In this document: positions 42,249 to 51,723 of the stretch, piece by piece
Position numbering within the stretch: position 1 is the stretch's first letter
Layout of the letters: each line of letters starts with the position of its first letter
Sequence record: MN850566.1
DNA: 64,000 nt
Strand: one strand, 5' to 3'
Origin: Escherichia phage garuso
The notes under the pieces: model-generated
What the model was told of the DNA's origin: nothing
Databases searched by the model: none
Seen by the model: the letters and a program-made list of their open reading frames with translations, nothing else
Position numbers and translations under genes: made by a program

Positions 42249-42327
42249 GCTCCATTACTCCAATTGGCAGAGAGGCCAGACTTAAAATCTGTGTTATGTA
42301 TCGGTTCGAATCCGATATGGAGTACCA
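42249..42327 (+). tRNA. tRNA-Leu (anticodon TAA), short (7-nt) variable arm
   Basis: Acceptor GCTCCAT/ATGGAGT, A73, Leu-type D-arm (CTC-CAATTGGCAGA-GAG), loop CTTAAAA, T-arm ATCGG-TTCGAAT-CCGAT, CCA encoded. Confidence 0.55.
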
Positions 42328-42332
42328 AATTT

Positions 42333-42408
42333 AGCGGCATAGCATAACTGGCAATGCAGCAGTCTCTGAAGCTGTCTTATTAAGGTTCAAATCCTTATGC
42401 CGCTGCCA
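42333..42408 (+). tRNA. tRNA-Gln (anticodon CTG)
   Basis: Acceptor AGCGGCA/TGCCGCT, D-arm GCAT…ATGC, anticodon stem GCAGT/GCTGT with loop CTCTGAA, T-arm TAAGG-TTCAAAT-CCTTA, CCA encoded. Confidence 0.7.
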
Positions 42409-42439
42409 CTTCTAAGGATTCTTACGAGAGTCCTTAAAT

Positions 42440-42515
42440 GTGGCCTTATCATAAACGGTAATGACCCATGCTGTGAACATGGTCTATACGGGTTCAAATC
42501 CCGTAGGTCACCCCA
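42440..42515 (+). tRNA. tRNA-His (anticodon GTG)
   Basis: Acceptor GTGGCCT/AGGTCAC, D-arm TCAT…ATGA, anticodon stem CCATG/CATGG with loop CTGTGAA, T-arm ACGGG-TTCAAAT-CCCGT, CCA encoded. Confidence 0.7.
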
Positions 42516-42520
42516 ATTTA

Positions 42521-42597
42521 TAGTCCAAGTAGCTTATATGGTTAAAGCGCGTGTCTGAAAAACATGAGAAGAGGGTTCAAATCCCACTGGACTACCA
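42521..42597 (+). tRNA. tRNA-Phe (anticodon GAA)
   Basis: Anticodon stem CGTGT/ACATG with loop CTGAAAA, T-region GAGGGTTCAAATCCCAC; acceptor/discriminator assignment ambiguous; 3' end overlaps the GTG-initiated extension of the next track ORF. Confidence 0.6.
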
Positions 42598-42613
42598 ATT
42601 TCAAAGGTGCTTA

Positions 42614-43348
42614 ATGAAAGAGATGACAGAACAAGGTAAGGAGATTTTCAATCTCTTAAAAACTGGTAAAGGGTTTTCTAACCCCCTTATTACTGGTGCA
42701 GCAGTTCTCGGTGGAACCGTAGCTGCCTCCACATCACTTGTAAGCTCTATTAGTTCTGTATCAGACCCTACAGTAAAAGATAAGCTTGTTGCTGCTGGAC
42801 TTACAACAGTTCTGCTTAACAGCTTTACCACGAGTCTGACAAGCACTACATCAACTACCAAAACACTAACAGATTACGGTCAAAAATCCATTGATGAGTT
42901 TTCATCACGTATGCAGGTAGCAAAAGGTTATTCTAATGTTATGGGTGCAGCAGGTGAACAAGTTGGCTGTACACCATTTAGTGGTATTATGGGTGTTGCT
43001 ACAGAGTATGGTCAAAAAGCTATTGATACGATTAACAGTGCACTAGATAGTGTTAATGGTGTGTTAAGTGACTTACAAGATGCTATTGACAAAGGTCTTG
43101 ATACTATTTCTGATTTAGCTGAGCAAGCTGTTAGTAAGATTAATGAAGGTATTTCAAAAATTACAGCTTATGCAGATGAAGTTGTGCAGATGATTGAAGA
43201 AGAAGCTGCTCTTATTGCAGAGTACCTTAAAACGAATATCAATGGGTTCTTAGCAGGTATCTTACCAGACTGGTTTGATGATGCTTGTAAAACTGGTGTA
43301 ATTGACACTATTGCAACACCAGAAATGAAGAACGCATTACAGAAATAA
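42614..43348 (+). CDS. Hypothetical Ser/Thr-rich protein (244 aa) inside the tRNA cluster
   Basis: In-frame ATG at 42614 (AGGTG RBS) inside track ORF 42551..43348, whose GTG start would overlap tRNA-Phe; low-complexity S/T-rich N-terminal half. Confidence 0.5.
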   Translation: MKEMTEQGKEIFNLLKTGKGFSNPLITGAAVLGGTVAASTSLVSSISSVSDPTVKDKLVAAGLTTVLLNSFTTSLTSTTSTTKTLTDYGQKSIDEFSSRMQVAKGYSNVMGAAGEQVGCTPFSGIMGVATEYGQKAIDTINSALDSVNGVLSDLQDAIDKGLDTISDLAEQAVSKINEGISKITAYADEVVQMIEEEAALIAEYLKTNINGFLAGILPDWFDDACKTGVIDTIATPEMKNALQK

Positions 43349-43349
43349 T

Positions 43350-43442
43350 GGAAGATTAACCCTAAAAGGTAAGGGAGCAGTTTGCTAAACTGCCAGTAGC
43401 TGAGAAATCGGTGTACCAGTTCAAGTCTGGTATCTTCCTCCA
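43350..43442 (+). tRNA. tRNA-Ser (anticodon GCT), long variable arm
   Basis: Acceptor GGAAGAT/ATCTTCC, anticodon stem GCAGT/ACTGC with loop TTGCTAA, long variable arm, T-arm ACCAG-TTCAAGT-CTGGT, CCA encoded. Confidence 0.7.
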
Positions 43443-43446
43443 ATTT

Positions 43447-43522
43447 GAATCCGTGACAGAAATGGATATGTGCCTGTCTGCAAAACAGGTTTATAAGGGT
43501 TCGAGTCCCTTCGGATTCTCCA
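43447..43522 (+). tRNA. tRNA-Cys (anticodon GCA)
   Basis: Acceptor GAATCCG/CGGATTC, U73, anticodon stem CCTGT/ACAGG with loop CTGCAAA, T-arm AAGGG-TTCGAGT-CCCTT, CCA encoded. Confidence 0.7.
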
Positions 43523-43689
43523 AGTTATTTTACTCTCTCTCAATTAAAATAATAATAATGCCCTGCTATAAGTATTCTTCCTTTCGCTACCGAAGAGTAT
43601 TTTTAGACAGGGCTTTTTTACAGAGTTATACTTTATAAGAAGGCTTATACAGTATGTCTCTGACGTACATTGTGGTTTCTCCTTGACGG

Positions 43690-43716
43690 TCTCTGTGCCG
43701 TCTTTTTTAAGGAGAA
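43690..43716 (+). terminator. Intrinsic terminator after the tRNA cluster
   Basis: GACGG-TCTCTGTG-CCGTC followed by TTTTTT; a longer imperfect hairpin plus T6 lies upstream at about 43560-43622. Confidence 0.5.
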
Positions 43717-43744
43717 ACATGGTTAATTATTTGGAGAAAACATA

Positions 43745-43945
43745 ATGAGTGAGACCGTTTATAAAGAACTTTATGAAGCTAACAAAAAGCTAGAATTTAT
43801 GCAGAACACTATCATGGCAATTGCAGATAGATTATCTGTAGCAACAGGTATTGATATCAAAGAAGCCTCTATGGATGCACTTCTTGATGCTGTTGATGCA
43901 AAGTTCGAAGTTAAGAAAGAAGAGACTGCTACAGACTCTGAATAA
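43745..43945 (+). CDS. Small acidic protein (66 aa) upstream of terminase
   Basis: Track ORF with GGAGAAAA RBS; position suggests a packaging-associated protein. Confidence 0.4.
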   Translation: MSETVYKELYEANKKLEFMQNTIMAIADRLSVATGIDIKEASMDALLDAVDAKFEVKKEETATDSE

Positions 43946-43966
43946 TTCTATTTGCGGAGGTGCTTA

Positions 43967-45568
43967 ATGGACTTAAATGCTGTTAAGCAGAAGCGAGTGG
44001 AAGATGTTAGGAAAGTCCTAGCTGGAGAGTTGGGGCTTTCTGATGAAGTAAAAGAAATTATCAAATCATTCGGTAAAGACCCCTCTAAATTCCTTCCAAC
44101 TCAAATTCTGACTTTATTAAGATACACACCAGACCAAGTTCGCCTTATCTTTAAATTGATGACTGATAAGAACTATGTAGCCCCTCAGCCGGGTTCTCAA
44201 GAGGTCTTTTTAAATACTAATGCTGACTTGGTTCTCTATGGTGGTGCTGCTGGTGCTGGTAAGACTGCTGCATTGTTAATGGACTCTTTAAGATTTATTG
44301 AAGACCCTAACTATAATGCTGTGTATTTCCGTCGAAACACAACACAGTTACAAGGTGGTTTATGGCCTGCTGCAAAGAAACTATTTGGTAAGTTTGGTGG
44401 GGTTCCTCACGAGCAGAAAATGACTATTACATTCCCTTCTGGGGCGACTATCAAGTTTACCTATCTAGAACTTGAAAAGCACGCTGAAGGTCATCAGGGT
44501 ATTGAATACTCAGCTATTTACTTTGACGAAGGTACACACTTCTCTGCTTCACAGATTTCATACCTACAAACACGTCTTCGTTCTGGTGCTGAAGGTGATT
44601 CATACATGAAGATTTCCATGAACCCAGACAGAGACCACTTTATTTACGATTGGGTAGAGCCATTCTTAGATGAAGAAGGCTATCCAGACCCTGAAAAGTG
44701 TGGTCGTATTCGTTGGTATGTAATGAATGATGGTGTGATGGTTTCTGATTGGGAGAGAGACAAGATTCTTGAAATGTTTCCTCTTGAGATTCCTCAAACA
44801 TACACCTTTATCTCTGGTACGATTGATGATAACCCAATCCTTGACTTCTTAGAACCTAAGTACCGTGGTAAGTTGGAAAACAACACTCCTGTAAACGTTG
44901 CAAGACTTCGTTTCGGTAACTGGAAGGCTCGTGCAGAAGGTTCAAACTATTGGCAAAGACAATGGTGTGAAATTGTTGATTCACTCCCAGAAGATGTATT
45001 CGATGTTAGAGCATGGGACTTAGCAGCAACTTTACCATCTGAGGTTAACCCTAATCCAGACTGGACAGCAGGTGTTAAGATGGGTAAATCTAAAAAAGAC
45101 GGTTGCTATTATATCATTGATGTAGTAAGATTTAGAGATAGACCCTCTGGAGTCGAAACACAAATTAATTTGACTGCTGAAAGTGACGGTAAGCGAACTG
45201 GTATTTTTATCCCTCAAGACCCAGGCGCTGCTGGTAAATCCTACGCAACATCCCTCATCAGGAAACTTGCCGAGAAAGGCTATCGTGCAAGAGCTAAACC
45301 AACAAATAAAGATAAAGTTACCCGATTTGCGGGGTTTTCTGCTGCTTCTGAAGCTGGACTTGTAAAAGTTTTGAGAGGTAGTTGGAACGAAGCTTATTTC
45401 CAAGAGCTTGAAGGCTTTTGTGGTGATGGCAAAACTAAAGATGACCAAGTGGATGCTACCAGTGATGCTTTCAACAGTCTTAACGAAGTTAAATTATTCA
45501 AGCCACCATCAATGGGTGCTCACACAGACTTAGTGAGAGGAAACCCATATGAGGGGCTTAGACGTTGA
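43967..45568 (+). CDS. Terminase large subunit
   Basis: ATG 43967 with GGAGG RBS inside track ORF 43952..45568; Walker A (LYGGAAGAGKTAALL) and Walker B-like (IYFDEGTHF); followed by the portal gene. Confidence 0.7.
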   Translation: MDLNAVKQKRVEDVRKVLAGELGLSDEVKEIIKSFGKDPSKFLPTQILTLLRYTPDQVRLIFKLMTDKNYVAPQPGSQEVFLNTNADLVLYGGAAGAGKTAALLMDSLRFIEDPNYNAVYFRRNTTQLQGGLWPAAKKLFGKFGGVPHEQKMTITFPSGATIKFTYLELEKHAEGHQGIEYSAIYFDEGTHFSASQISYLQTRLRSGAEGDSYMKISMNPDRDHFIYDWVEPFLDEEGYPDPEKCGRIRWYVMNDGVMVSDWERDKILEMFPLEIPQTYTFISGTIDDNPILDFLEPKYRGKLENNTPVNVARLRFGNWKARAEGSNYWQRQWCEIVDSLPEDVFDVRAWDLAATLPSEVNPNPDWTAGVKMGKSKKDGCYYIIDVVRFRDRPSGVETQINLTAESDGKRTGIFIPQDPGAAGKSYATSLIRKLAEKGYRARAKPTNKDKVTRFAGFSAASEAGLVKVLRGSWNEAYFQELEGFCGDGKTKDDQVDATSDAFNSLNEVKLFKPPSMGAHTDLVRGNPYEGLRR

Positions 45569-45584
45569 TAGCTAGGTGAGAAGA

Positions 45585-47051
45585 ATGGCAGATATTACAG
45601 AAACACAAGAAAGCTTACCACCATTTAGAATGGGTGAAGTAGGTTCTTTGGGTCTGAAGGTTAAGAATGGAAGAATCTATGAAGAACCTCGTCAGGCACT
45701 AAGGTTCCCTGAAAGTATTAAAACTTTCCAATTAATGATGCGTGACCCTGCTGTAGCAGCATCTGTAAATATTATTAAGATGTTTGTCAGAAAAGTCAAC
45801 TGGAGATTCGTACCTCCAAAGGGAAAAGAGCAAGACCCTAAAATGCTTGAAAGAGCAGACTTCTTTAATTCTTTAATGGATGACATGGAGCATGATTGGG
45901 CAGATTTTATTAACTCTGTAATGTCATTCTGCACTTATGGGTTCTGTGTTAACGAGAAAGTTTATAAGAAGCGTCAGGGTAAAAAAGGAAAGTACCAGTC
46001 AAAATTTGATGATGGTCTAATTGGATGGGCTAAATTACCAATCAGAAACCAGTCAACACTTGATAAGTGGTATTTTGACGAAGACTTTAGAAAAGTTACT
46101 GGTGTCAGACAAAATCTGAGAAATGTTTCACATATTGCTGGAGCAATTAATCTTGGAGAGAGACCATTAACAAGAAAACTTCCACGAGCTAAATTCATGC
46201 TGTTTAAGTATGATGATGAATATGGAAACCCAGAAGGTCGTTCACCATTACTTAATGCCTATGTACCGTGGAAGTATAAAGTTCAGATTGAAGAGTACGA
46301 AGCTGTTGGTGTTTCAAGAGACTTGGTAGGTATGCCAAAAATTGGTTTACCACCAGATTATCTGGATGAAAATGCAGAACCTGAAAAGAAAGCTTTCGTA
46401 CAATACTGCAAAACTGTTGTTAACGATATGATTGCTAATGATAGAGCGGGTTTAATCTGGCCTAGATATATCGACCCAGATACTAAAGAGGATATTTTCG
46501 AGTTCTCATTAGTTTCTAGACAGGGTGCTAAAGCATACGATACAGGCTCTATTATTGACAGATATTCCAAGCAGATTATGATGGCATTTATGTCAGATGT
46601 TCTTGCTATGGGTCAGTCAAAATATGGTTCATTCTCTCTTGCGGATTCTAAGACAAGCTTACTAGCGATGTCGGTAGATATCCTGCTGAAGCAAATTAAG
46701 AACGTAATTAACCGTGATTTAGTTGCACAGACTTATGCTCTTAATATGTGGGACGATGAAGAACATGTACAAATCACTTATGATGATATCGAAACTCCAG
46801 ACCTTGAAGCAATTGGTTCTTATATCCAGAAGACTGTTGCAGTAGGTGCTTTGGAAGTTGACAAAGAGCTATCTAACAAGCTTAGAGAGCATATTGGTCT
46901 TCCTCCTGCTGATGAGTCTCAGCCAGTATCTGAAAAGCTTTCTCCAAATAGCCAAAGCCGTTCAGGAGATGGTTATAAGACCGCTGGAGAAGGTACTGCA
47001 AAGACACCTTCAGCGAAAGACCCAAGCACAGCAAATAAGGCAAATAAATAA
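45585..47051 (+). CDS. Portal protein (putative)
   Basis: 489-aa product from ATG 45585 inside track ORF 45576..47051; sits between terminase and protease/scaffold. Confidence 0.55.
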   Translation: MADITETQESLPPFRMGEVGSLGLKVKNGRIYEEPRQALRFPESIKTFQLMMRDPAVAASVNIIKMFVRKVNWRFVPPKGKEQDPKMLERADFFNSLMDDMEHDWADFINSVMSFCTYGFCVNEKVYKKRQGKKGKYQSKFDDGLIGWAKLPIRNQSTLDKWYFDEDFRKVTGVRQNLRNVSHIAGAINLGERPLTRKLPRAKFMLFKYDDEYGNPEGRSPLLNAYVPWKYKVQIEEYEAVGVSRDLVGMPKIGLPPDYLDENAEPEKKAFVQYCKTVVNDMIANDRAGLIWPRYIDPDTKEDIFEFSLVSRQGAKAYDTGSIIDRYSKQIMMAFMSDVLAMGQSKYGSFSLADSKTSLLAMSVDILLKQIKNVINRDLVAQTYALNMWDDEEHVQITYDDIETPDLEAIGSYIQKTVAVGALEVDKELSNKLREHIGLPPADESQPVSEKLSPNSQSRSGDGYKTAGEGTAKTPSAKDPSTANKANK

Positions 47052-47551
47052 TGGCTGAAGTTATCTCTATTTCAAATGCTACACGAGTGCATTCGTATAG
47101 AGGTGTTCTTATCGTTACTGACAAGTTATCTGTAGAGGCTGGCTCAAGGGTCAGCCTTTCAGGTTATGTAAGTGATGGTGGAACCTCTGACGTTTTCACT
47201 ATTTGCAGGTTACTTGATGCTCCAATGAGTGGAAAACCGTTTATTTCAGGAAATTGTAGTGAAATTGTTAAAATTCCATTTGACAGTTCATGCCTTTTGG
47301 GTGTAAAGTTATATAACTGCGAGAATAAACGTATCAATGTTAATAGCATTGAAGCCGCTTTCATTACCCTCGACACCGCATTTCAATCTCCAATGGCAGT
47401 TAATAAAGAAACAAACAGACTTGAGTACATTTTTTCACAAAATGATTACAAAGTACTTGTCAAAGGTAAAGTATATGATATGATTGTAAATGTGGTAGAT
47501 GAATCTGGTAACCATTCAACAGTCCTTAAACAAAAAGTAAGGTTTAATTAA
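47051..47551 (+). CDS. Hypothetical head-module protein (166 aa)
   Basis: Track ORF; start overlaps portal stop. Confidence 0.45.
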   Translation: MAEVISISNATRVHSYRGVLIVTDKLSVEAGSRVSLSGYVSDGGTSDVFTICRLLDAPMSGKPFISGNCSEIVKIPFDSSCLLGVKLYNCENKRINVNSIEAAFITLDTAFQSPMAVNKETNRLEYIFSQNDYKVLVKGKVYDMIVNVVDESGNHSTVLKQKVRFN

Positions 47552-47883
47552 TGGGAACATTAACTATTGATGGTAAGAATAAAATCCTCGCCACGCTAAC
47601 CCCAACGACTATTATTTTACACAATGTAGACCCAACGGCAGACCCTACAGCAAATAAGGTTACTCAGCCAGTGGCTATTTATTTTTCTGAACCGGATAAT
47701 GGCTTAATTGCCTCAGAAGATACAGTTAATATTACTGTTCCAGCTTCTGCAACGGTCTCACACTATAGCTTGTGGGATGCTAACGATAAATGCGTGGCAA
47801 CTGGTGCTCTTAGCAAACCTCAATTCTTCGCTGAAGAAGGTATCTATGTTATCTCTTCAGTCTCTGTAGATTTAAACAAATAG
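47551..47883 (+). CDS. Hypothetical head-module protein (110 aa)
   Basis: Track ORF; overlapping start/stop. Confidence 0.45.
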   Translation: MGTLTIDGKNKILATLTPTTIILHNVDPTADPTANKVTQPVAIYFSEPDNGLIASEDTVNITVPASATVSHYSLWDANDKCVATGALSKPQFFAEEGIYVISSVSVDLNK

Positions 47884-47894
47884 GGTGAGTAAAA

Positions 47895-49241
47895 ATGAGT
47901 TCGAATATCTTCAGACTTGCTGATAGATTATTCAACCAACCTTTACTAGCCACTGAATCATTAGCTCACTCAGCAGCAACTTATGTGAATAACAGATTGC
48001 TGGGTGATGTCCAAGCAGCAGTAAACTTTGATAAACCCAAAGGTGAAGCAAGAAGTCTTTTAAAAGTGAAAGATGACATTGCTATTATCCCTATTATGGG
48101 TGGTTTAACCCATCGTATGACATTCATTGATGCAATGTGTACAGGTGGATTAAGCTCTTATGAAGGTTTGCGTAGAGGCTTTGACGAAGCTTTAGCAGAT
48201 GAGTCAATCAAGACTATTGTTCTGCACATCGATTCTGGTGGTGGTGAAGCTTCAGGTTGCTTTGAATTAGCACGTCACATTATGGCTTCAAGAGGCCAAA
48301 AGAAAATTATTGCTTATGTAGATGAGTTCGCTTGTTCCGCTGCATACGCTCTTGCATCTTCTGCTGAAGAAATTATTGCATCACCAGATGCAGATGTTGG
48401 TTCTATTGGTGTAATCATGGTTCATCAGGAATTAACTAAGGCATTTGAAAAGAATGGCGTAACAATTAACGTCATCAAAGCTGGTGAGTTTAAAGGTATG
48501 GGTTCACCATTCCAAGCACTCTCAGAAGAAAGCAAAGAAAGACTTCAAAAGAGAATTAATGATACCTACGCAACCTTTACAGGTTTTGTAGCCGAATCCC
48601 GTAATCTCTCTGAAGAAGCTGTAAAGAATACTGAGGCGAATGTTTATTCTGCTCAGGAAGCTCTTGAACTTGGTTTAATTAACTCAATCATGTCTCAAGA
48701 TGATTTCTTAAATTACTTACAAGGTTCTGAAGAGGCTCCTGTAAGTTTAAACGTTAACAATTCAGGTGAAGAAATGACTGAACAAGAAAAGCAAGAACTA
48801 GAAGCTTTGCGTCTTCAGGTTGCTCAAATGAAAGCTAAAGAACAGGAAGCTGCTTTGTCAGATTTGACTAATAAGATTTCTGCTTCTGCTGAAGCTTTTG
48901 GATTTGATGCAAAAGAAGCTGCAACGACTATTTTAGGTGCTGGTCTTGATAACCCTCTGAGTGTTCTGTTTATGAATGCTATGGAAGGTGCTAACCAGAA
49001 ACTTAATGAAACTATCGCGTCCCATGCTTCTGCAATGGAAGAAAAAGAATCAGAAATTACCAAGCTGAAAGAAACTGCTGGTGCTGTTCTTGAACATTCT
49101 AATGCTATGGAAGAAATGGGTAATGACGGCGAAGCTGATTTGGTTGAAGAAGAAAAAGAACCAGCTAAGAATGCTTCCGAAGACACCGCTGAACAACGCA
49201 AACTGGCTCTCCAGAATGCTCTAAAATCTCTTATCAAATAA
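47895..49241 (+). CDS. Prohead protease (S49/ClpP-like) with C-terminal scaffold-like region
   Basis: 448-aa ORF; N-terminal peptidase-like region (…IVLHIDSGGGEASGCFELARHIMASRGQKKIIAYVDEFACSAAYALAS…); C-terminal Ala/Glu-rich coiled-coil-like tail. Confidence 0.6.
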   Translation: MSSNIFRLADRLFNQPLLATESLAHSAATYVNNRLLGDVQAAVNFDKPKGEARSLLKVKDDIAIIPIMGGLTHRMTFIDAMCTGGLSSYEGLRRGFDEALADESIKTIVLHIDSGGGEASGCFELARHIMASRGQKKIIAYVDEFACSAAYALASSAEEIIASPDADVGSIGVIMVHQELTKAFEKNGVTINVIKAGEFKGMGSPFQALSEESKERLQKRINDTYATFTGFVAESRNLSEEAVKNTEANVYSAQEALELGLINSIMSQDDFLNYLQGSEEAPVSLNVNNSGEEMTEQEKQELEALRLQVAQMKAKEQEAALSDLTNKISASAEAFGFDAKEAATTILGAGLDNPLSVLFMNAMEGANQKLNETIASHASAMEEKESEITKLKETAGAVLEHSNAMEEMGNDGEADLVEEEKEPAKNASEDTAEQRKLALQNALKSLIK

Positions 49242-49252
49242 GGAACACAATA

Positions 49253-49630
49253 ATGGCATATCAAGGTTTTACTAAGTTAGGTAACAGAGAACCTCTGAAT
49301 GATATCATTCTTTGGGAACAGATTACCCCAACAGGCCACTCTCGTAAAGAGTACACTCCAGTTGCTTCAACAGAATACCGCGTAGGTGAAGTTCTGAAAG
49401 CAGATGGTACTAAGGTACAAGCTGGAGAAGAAGCCCAAGCAGACTCTGTATGTATCGTTAATTTCTACGCAGACCTGCAACTGTCTTATCATGGTCAGTT
49501 GAAAGTGGTAGGTATCTACCGTGATGCAGAACTAAAAGACATGCTTACTCTTGAAGCGAGCGTTGATGCTGCTGCCGTCAAGACAGCTCTGGCTGCTAAA
49601 GGTATTGATTTCGTACCAACTGGCCTGTAA
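49253..49630 (+). CDS. Hypothetical head protein (125 aa)
   Basis: Track ORF between protease and major capsid genes. Confidence 0.5.
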   Translation: MAYQGFTKLGNREPLNDIILWEQITPTGHSRKEYTPVASTEYRVGEVLKADGTKVQAGEEAQADSVCIVNFYADLQLSYHGQLKVVGIYRDAELKDMLTLEASVDAAAVKTALAAKGIDFVPTGL

Positions 49631-49663
49631 TAACAATAATAAGACATTCTGGAGAATTTTACA

Positions 49664-50770
49664 ATGTTGACTAATTCTGAAAAAAGCAGATTTTTCCTTG
49701 CTGACCTGACTGGTGAAGTCCAGTCTATCCCAAATACTTATGGGTATATTTCCAACTTAGGTCTGTTCCGTTCAGCACCAATCACCCAAACTACTTTCCT
49801 TATGGACTTGACTGATTGGGATGTTAGCTTGCTTGATGCGGTAGACCGTGATAGCCGTAAAGCAGAGACTAGCGCACCTGAGCGTGTTCGTCAAATCAGC
49901 TTCCCAATGATGTACTTCAAAGAAGTTGAAAGCATTACTCCTGATGAGATTCAGGGTGTACGTCAGCCAGGCACTGCAAACGAACTGACTACTGAAGCTG
50001 TAGTACGTGCTAAGAAGCTGATGAAGATTCGTACCAAGTTCGATATTACTCGTGAGTTCCTGTTTATGCAAGCTCTGAAGGGTAAAGTTGTTGATGCTCG
50101 TGGTACTCTGTACGCTGACCTGTACAAACAGTTCGACGTTGAGAAGAAGACTATTTACTTCGACCTTGACAACCCTAATGCTGACATCGACGCTTCTATT
50201 GAAGAACTGCGTATGCACATGGAAGACGAAGCTAAGACTGGCACTGTAATCAACGGTGAAGAAATTCACGTAGTTGTTGACCGTGTATTCTTCAGCAAAC
50301 TGACTAAGCACCCTAAGATTCGTGACGCCTATCTTGCACAGCAGACTCCACTGGCTTGGCAACAGATTACTGGTTCTCTGAGAACTGGTGGTACTGACGG
50401 CGTTCAGGCTCATATGAACACCTTCTACTACGGTGGTGTTAAGTTTGTCCAGTACAACGGTAAGTTCAAAGACAAGCGTGGTAAGGTTCACACTCTGGTG
50501 AGCATTGATAGTGTAGCAGACACTGTTGGTGTTGGTCATGCTTTCCCTAACGTATCTATGCTTGGTGAAGCTAACAACATCTTCGAAGTTGCATACGGTC
50601 CATGTCCTAAGATGGGTTACGCAAATACACTTGGTCAGGAACTGTATGTATTCGAATACGAAAAAGACCGTGACGAAGGTATTGACTTCGAAGCTCACTC
50701 TTACATGCTGCCATACTGTACTCGTCCTCAGTTGCTGGTAGATGTTCGCGCTGATGCTGAAGGCGAATAA
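49664..50770 (+). CDS. Major capsid protein (putative)
   Basis: 368-aa ORF immediately after protease/scaffold; strongly biased codon usage; several long antisense ORFs in the track overlap it and are treated as spurious. Confidence 0.6.
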   Translation: MLTNSEKSRFFLADLTGEVQSIPNTYGYISNLGLFRSAPITQTTFLMDLTDWDVSLLDAVDRDSRKAETSAPERVRQISFPMMYFKEVESITPDEIQGVRQPGTANELTTEAVVRAKKLMKIRTKFDITREFLFMQALKGKVVDARGTLYADLYKQFDVEKKTIYFDLDNPNADIDASIEELRMHMEDEAKTGTVINGEEIHVVVDRVFFSKLTKHPKIRDAYLAQQTPLAWQQITGSLRTGGTDGVQAHMNTFYYGGVKFVQYNGKFKDKRGKVHTLVSIDSVADTVGVGHAFPNVSMLGEANNIFEVAYGPCPKMGYANTLGQELYVFEYEKDRDEGIDFEAHSYMLPYCTRPQLLVDVRADAEGE

Positions 50771-50791
50771 TATTCTTAAGGAGGGTTATGA

Positions 50792-51241
50792 ATGTGTTAT
50801 ACAGGCGACCCAGCCAATAACCCTCTTGATAGAGTAAGAATCCTCTGCACAGACACCAATAATGATGAAATTCTTATTGAGCAGTCTGTGCTAGAGTGGT
50901 TCTATCTAGAATCTGGAAAGGATGAAAAGAAAGCAGCCATCAAAGCTCTTAAATATTTACTCTTTCAAGTAGCCAAGATGGGAGATGAGAAGGTTGGTGG
51001 TGTTTATTTACGTAACTCTTCCAGATTCAAGTCTCTGAAAGCTGTTTATGACGACCTTGTTAAAAGCTCTGTTTCAGGACTACCCTATGCAGGTGGTATT
51101 AATCAGTGTGATATTGACATGCGTCGTCAGAATCCTTGCTCTGTCAAGAAATACACAGAATATGGTGATGCTGCCAGATACGAAGGCAGAGATTACTGCA
51201 ACCGTGTTAATGGCGTATTTATTATCGAGCGAGATGAATAA
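50792..51241 (+). CDS. Hypothetical head/neck protein (149 aa)
   Basis: Track ORF with GGAGGG RBS. Confidence 0.45.
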   Translation: MCYTGDPANNPLDRVRILCTDTNNDEILIEQSVLEWFYLESGKDEKKAAIKALKYLLFQVAKMGDEKVGGVYLRNSSRFKSLKAVYDDLVKSSVSGLPYAGGINQCDIDMRRQNPCSVKKYTEYGDAARYEGRDYCNRVNGVFIIERDE

Positions 51242-51723
51242 TGGTTAAAAGGGTTATTCACCCCGCTAGAGCAAAATTAGTCGGGGCTATGAAGAACTTG
51301 CAAACGGCTAATGCTCAAGTTGGGTATTTTCAAGAACAAGGTCAACATAGCTCTGGTTTTTCTTATCCTGCTTTAATGTATTTACAAGAAGTTATTGGGG
51401 TTCCTTCAGCTTCTGGTAAAGTATATCGTAGGTTGTTTGAAATCACTATGATGCTAAACAAACAGACCTTGTTAGAGCAGACTAAGAAGAATCTATATAA
51501 GCAACTTAGCAGTCTCAACACAGACCCTTCGAATACCTTAGAAGCATTTGCAAAAAATGCTCAAAAGGCAATTAAAAGAGGCTTTGGTAATTCTGCTATC
51601 CTCCCTCCTAACGCACCTTCCACAGTCAAGAAAAAAGGCTTTAATGCACCTCTTGTTGAGACAGGTGACTTAAGAGATAACCTTGCTTATAAAATTTCTA
51701 CTAAGAAGGGTATTAAGAAATGA
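51241..51723 (+). CDS. Hypothetical head-tail joining protein (160 aa)
   Basis: Track ORF; overlapping start. Confidence 0.45.
   Translation: MVKRVIHPARAKLVGAMKNLQTANAQVGYFQEQGQHSSGFSYPALMYLQEVIGVPSASGKVYRRLFEITMMLNKQTLLEQTKKNLYKQLSSLNTDPSNTLEAFAKNAQKAIKRGFGNSAILPPNAPSTVKKKGFNAPLVETGDLRDNLAYKISTKKGIKK

Noticed and set aside
42551-42613. GTG-initiated 5' extension of the ORF ending at 43348
   Set aside because: Would overlap the 3' part of tRNA-Phe; the in-frame ATG at 42614 with an AGGTG RBS is the more plausible start.
38045-43522. tRNA cluster as a prophage attachment site or integration module
   Set aside because: No integrase, excisionase or repressor genes in the window; the gene content is that of a virulent phage.
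49772-50698. 308-aa minus-strand ORF antisense to the major capsid gene; similar antisense ORFs at 11635..12162, 62140..62667 and 48824..49264
   Set aside because: They sit antisense to well-supported genes with no start context of their own; long antisense frames are common opposite highly biased coding sequence.
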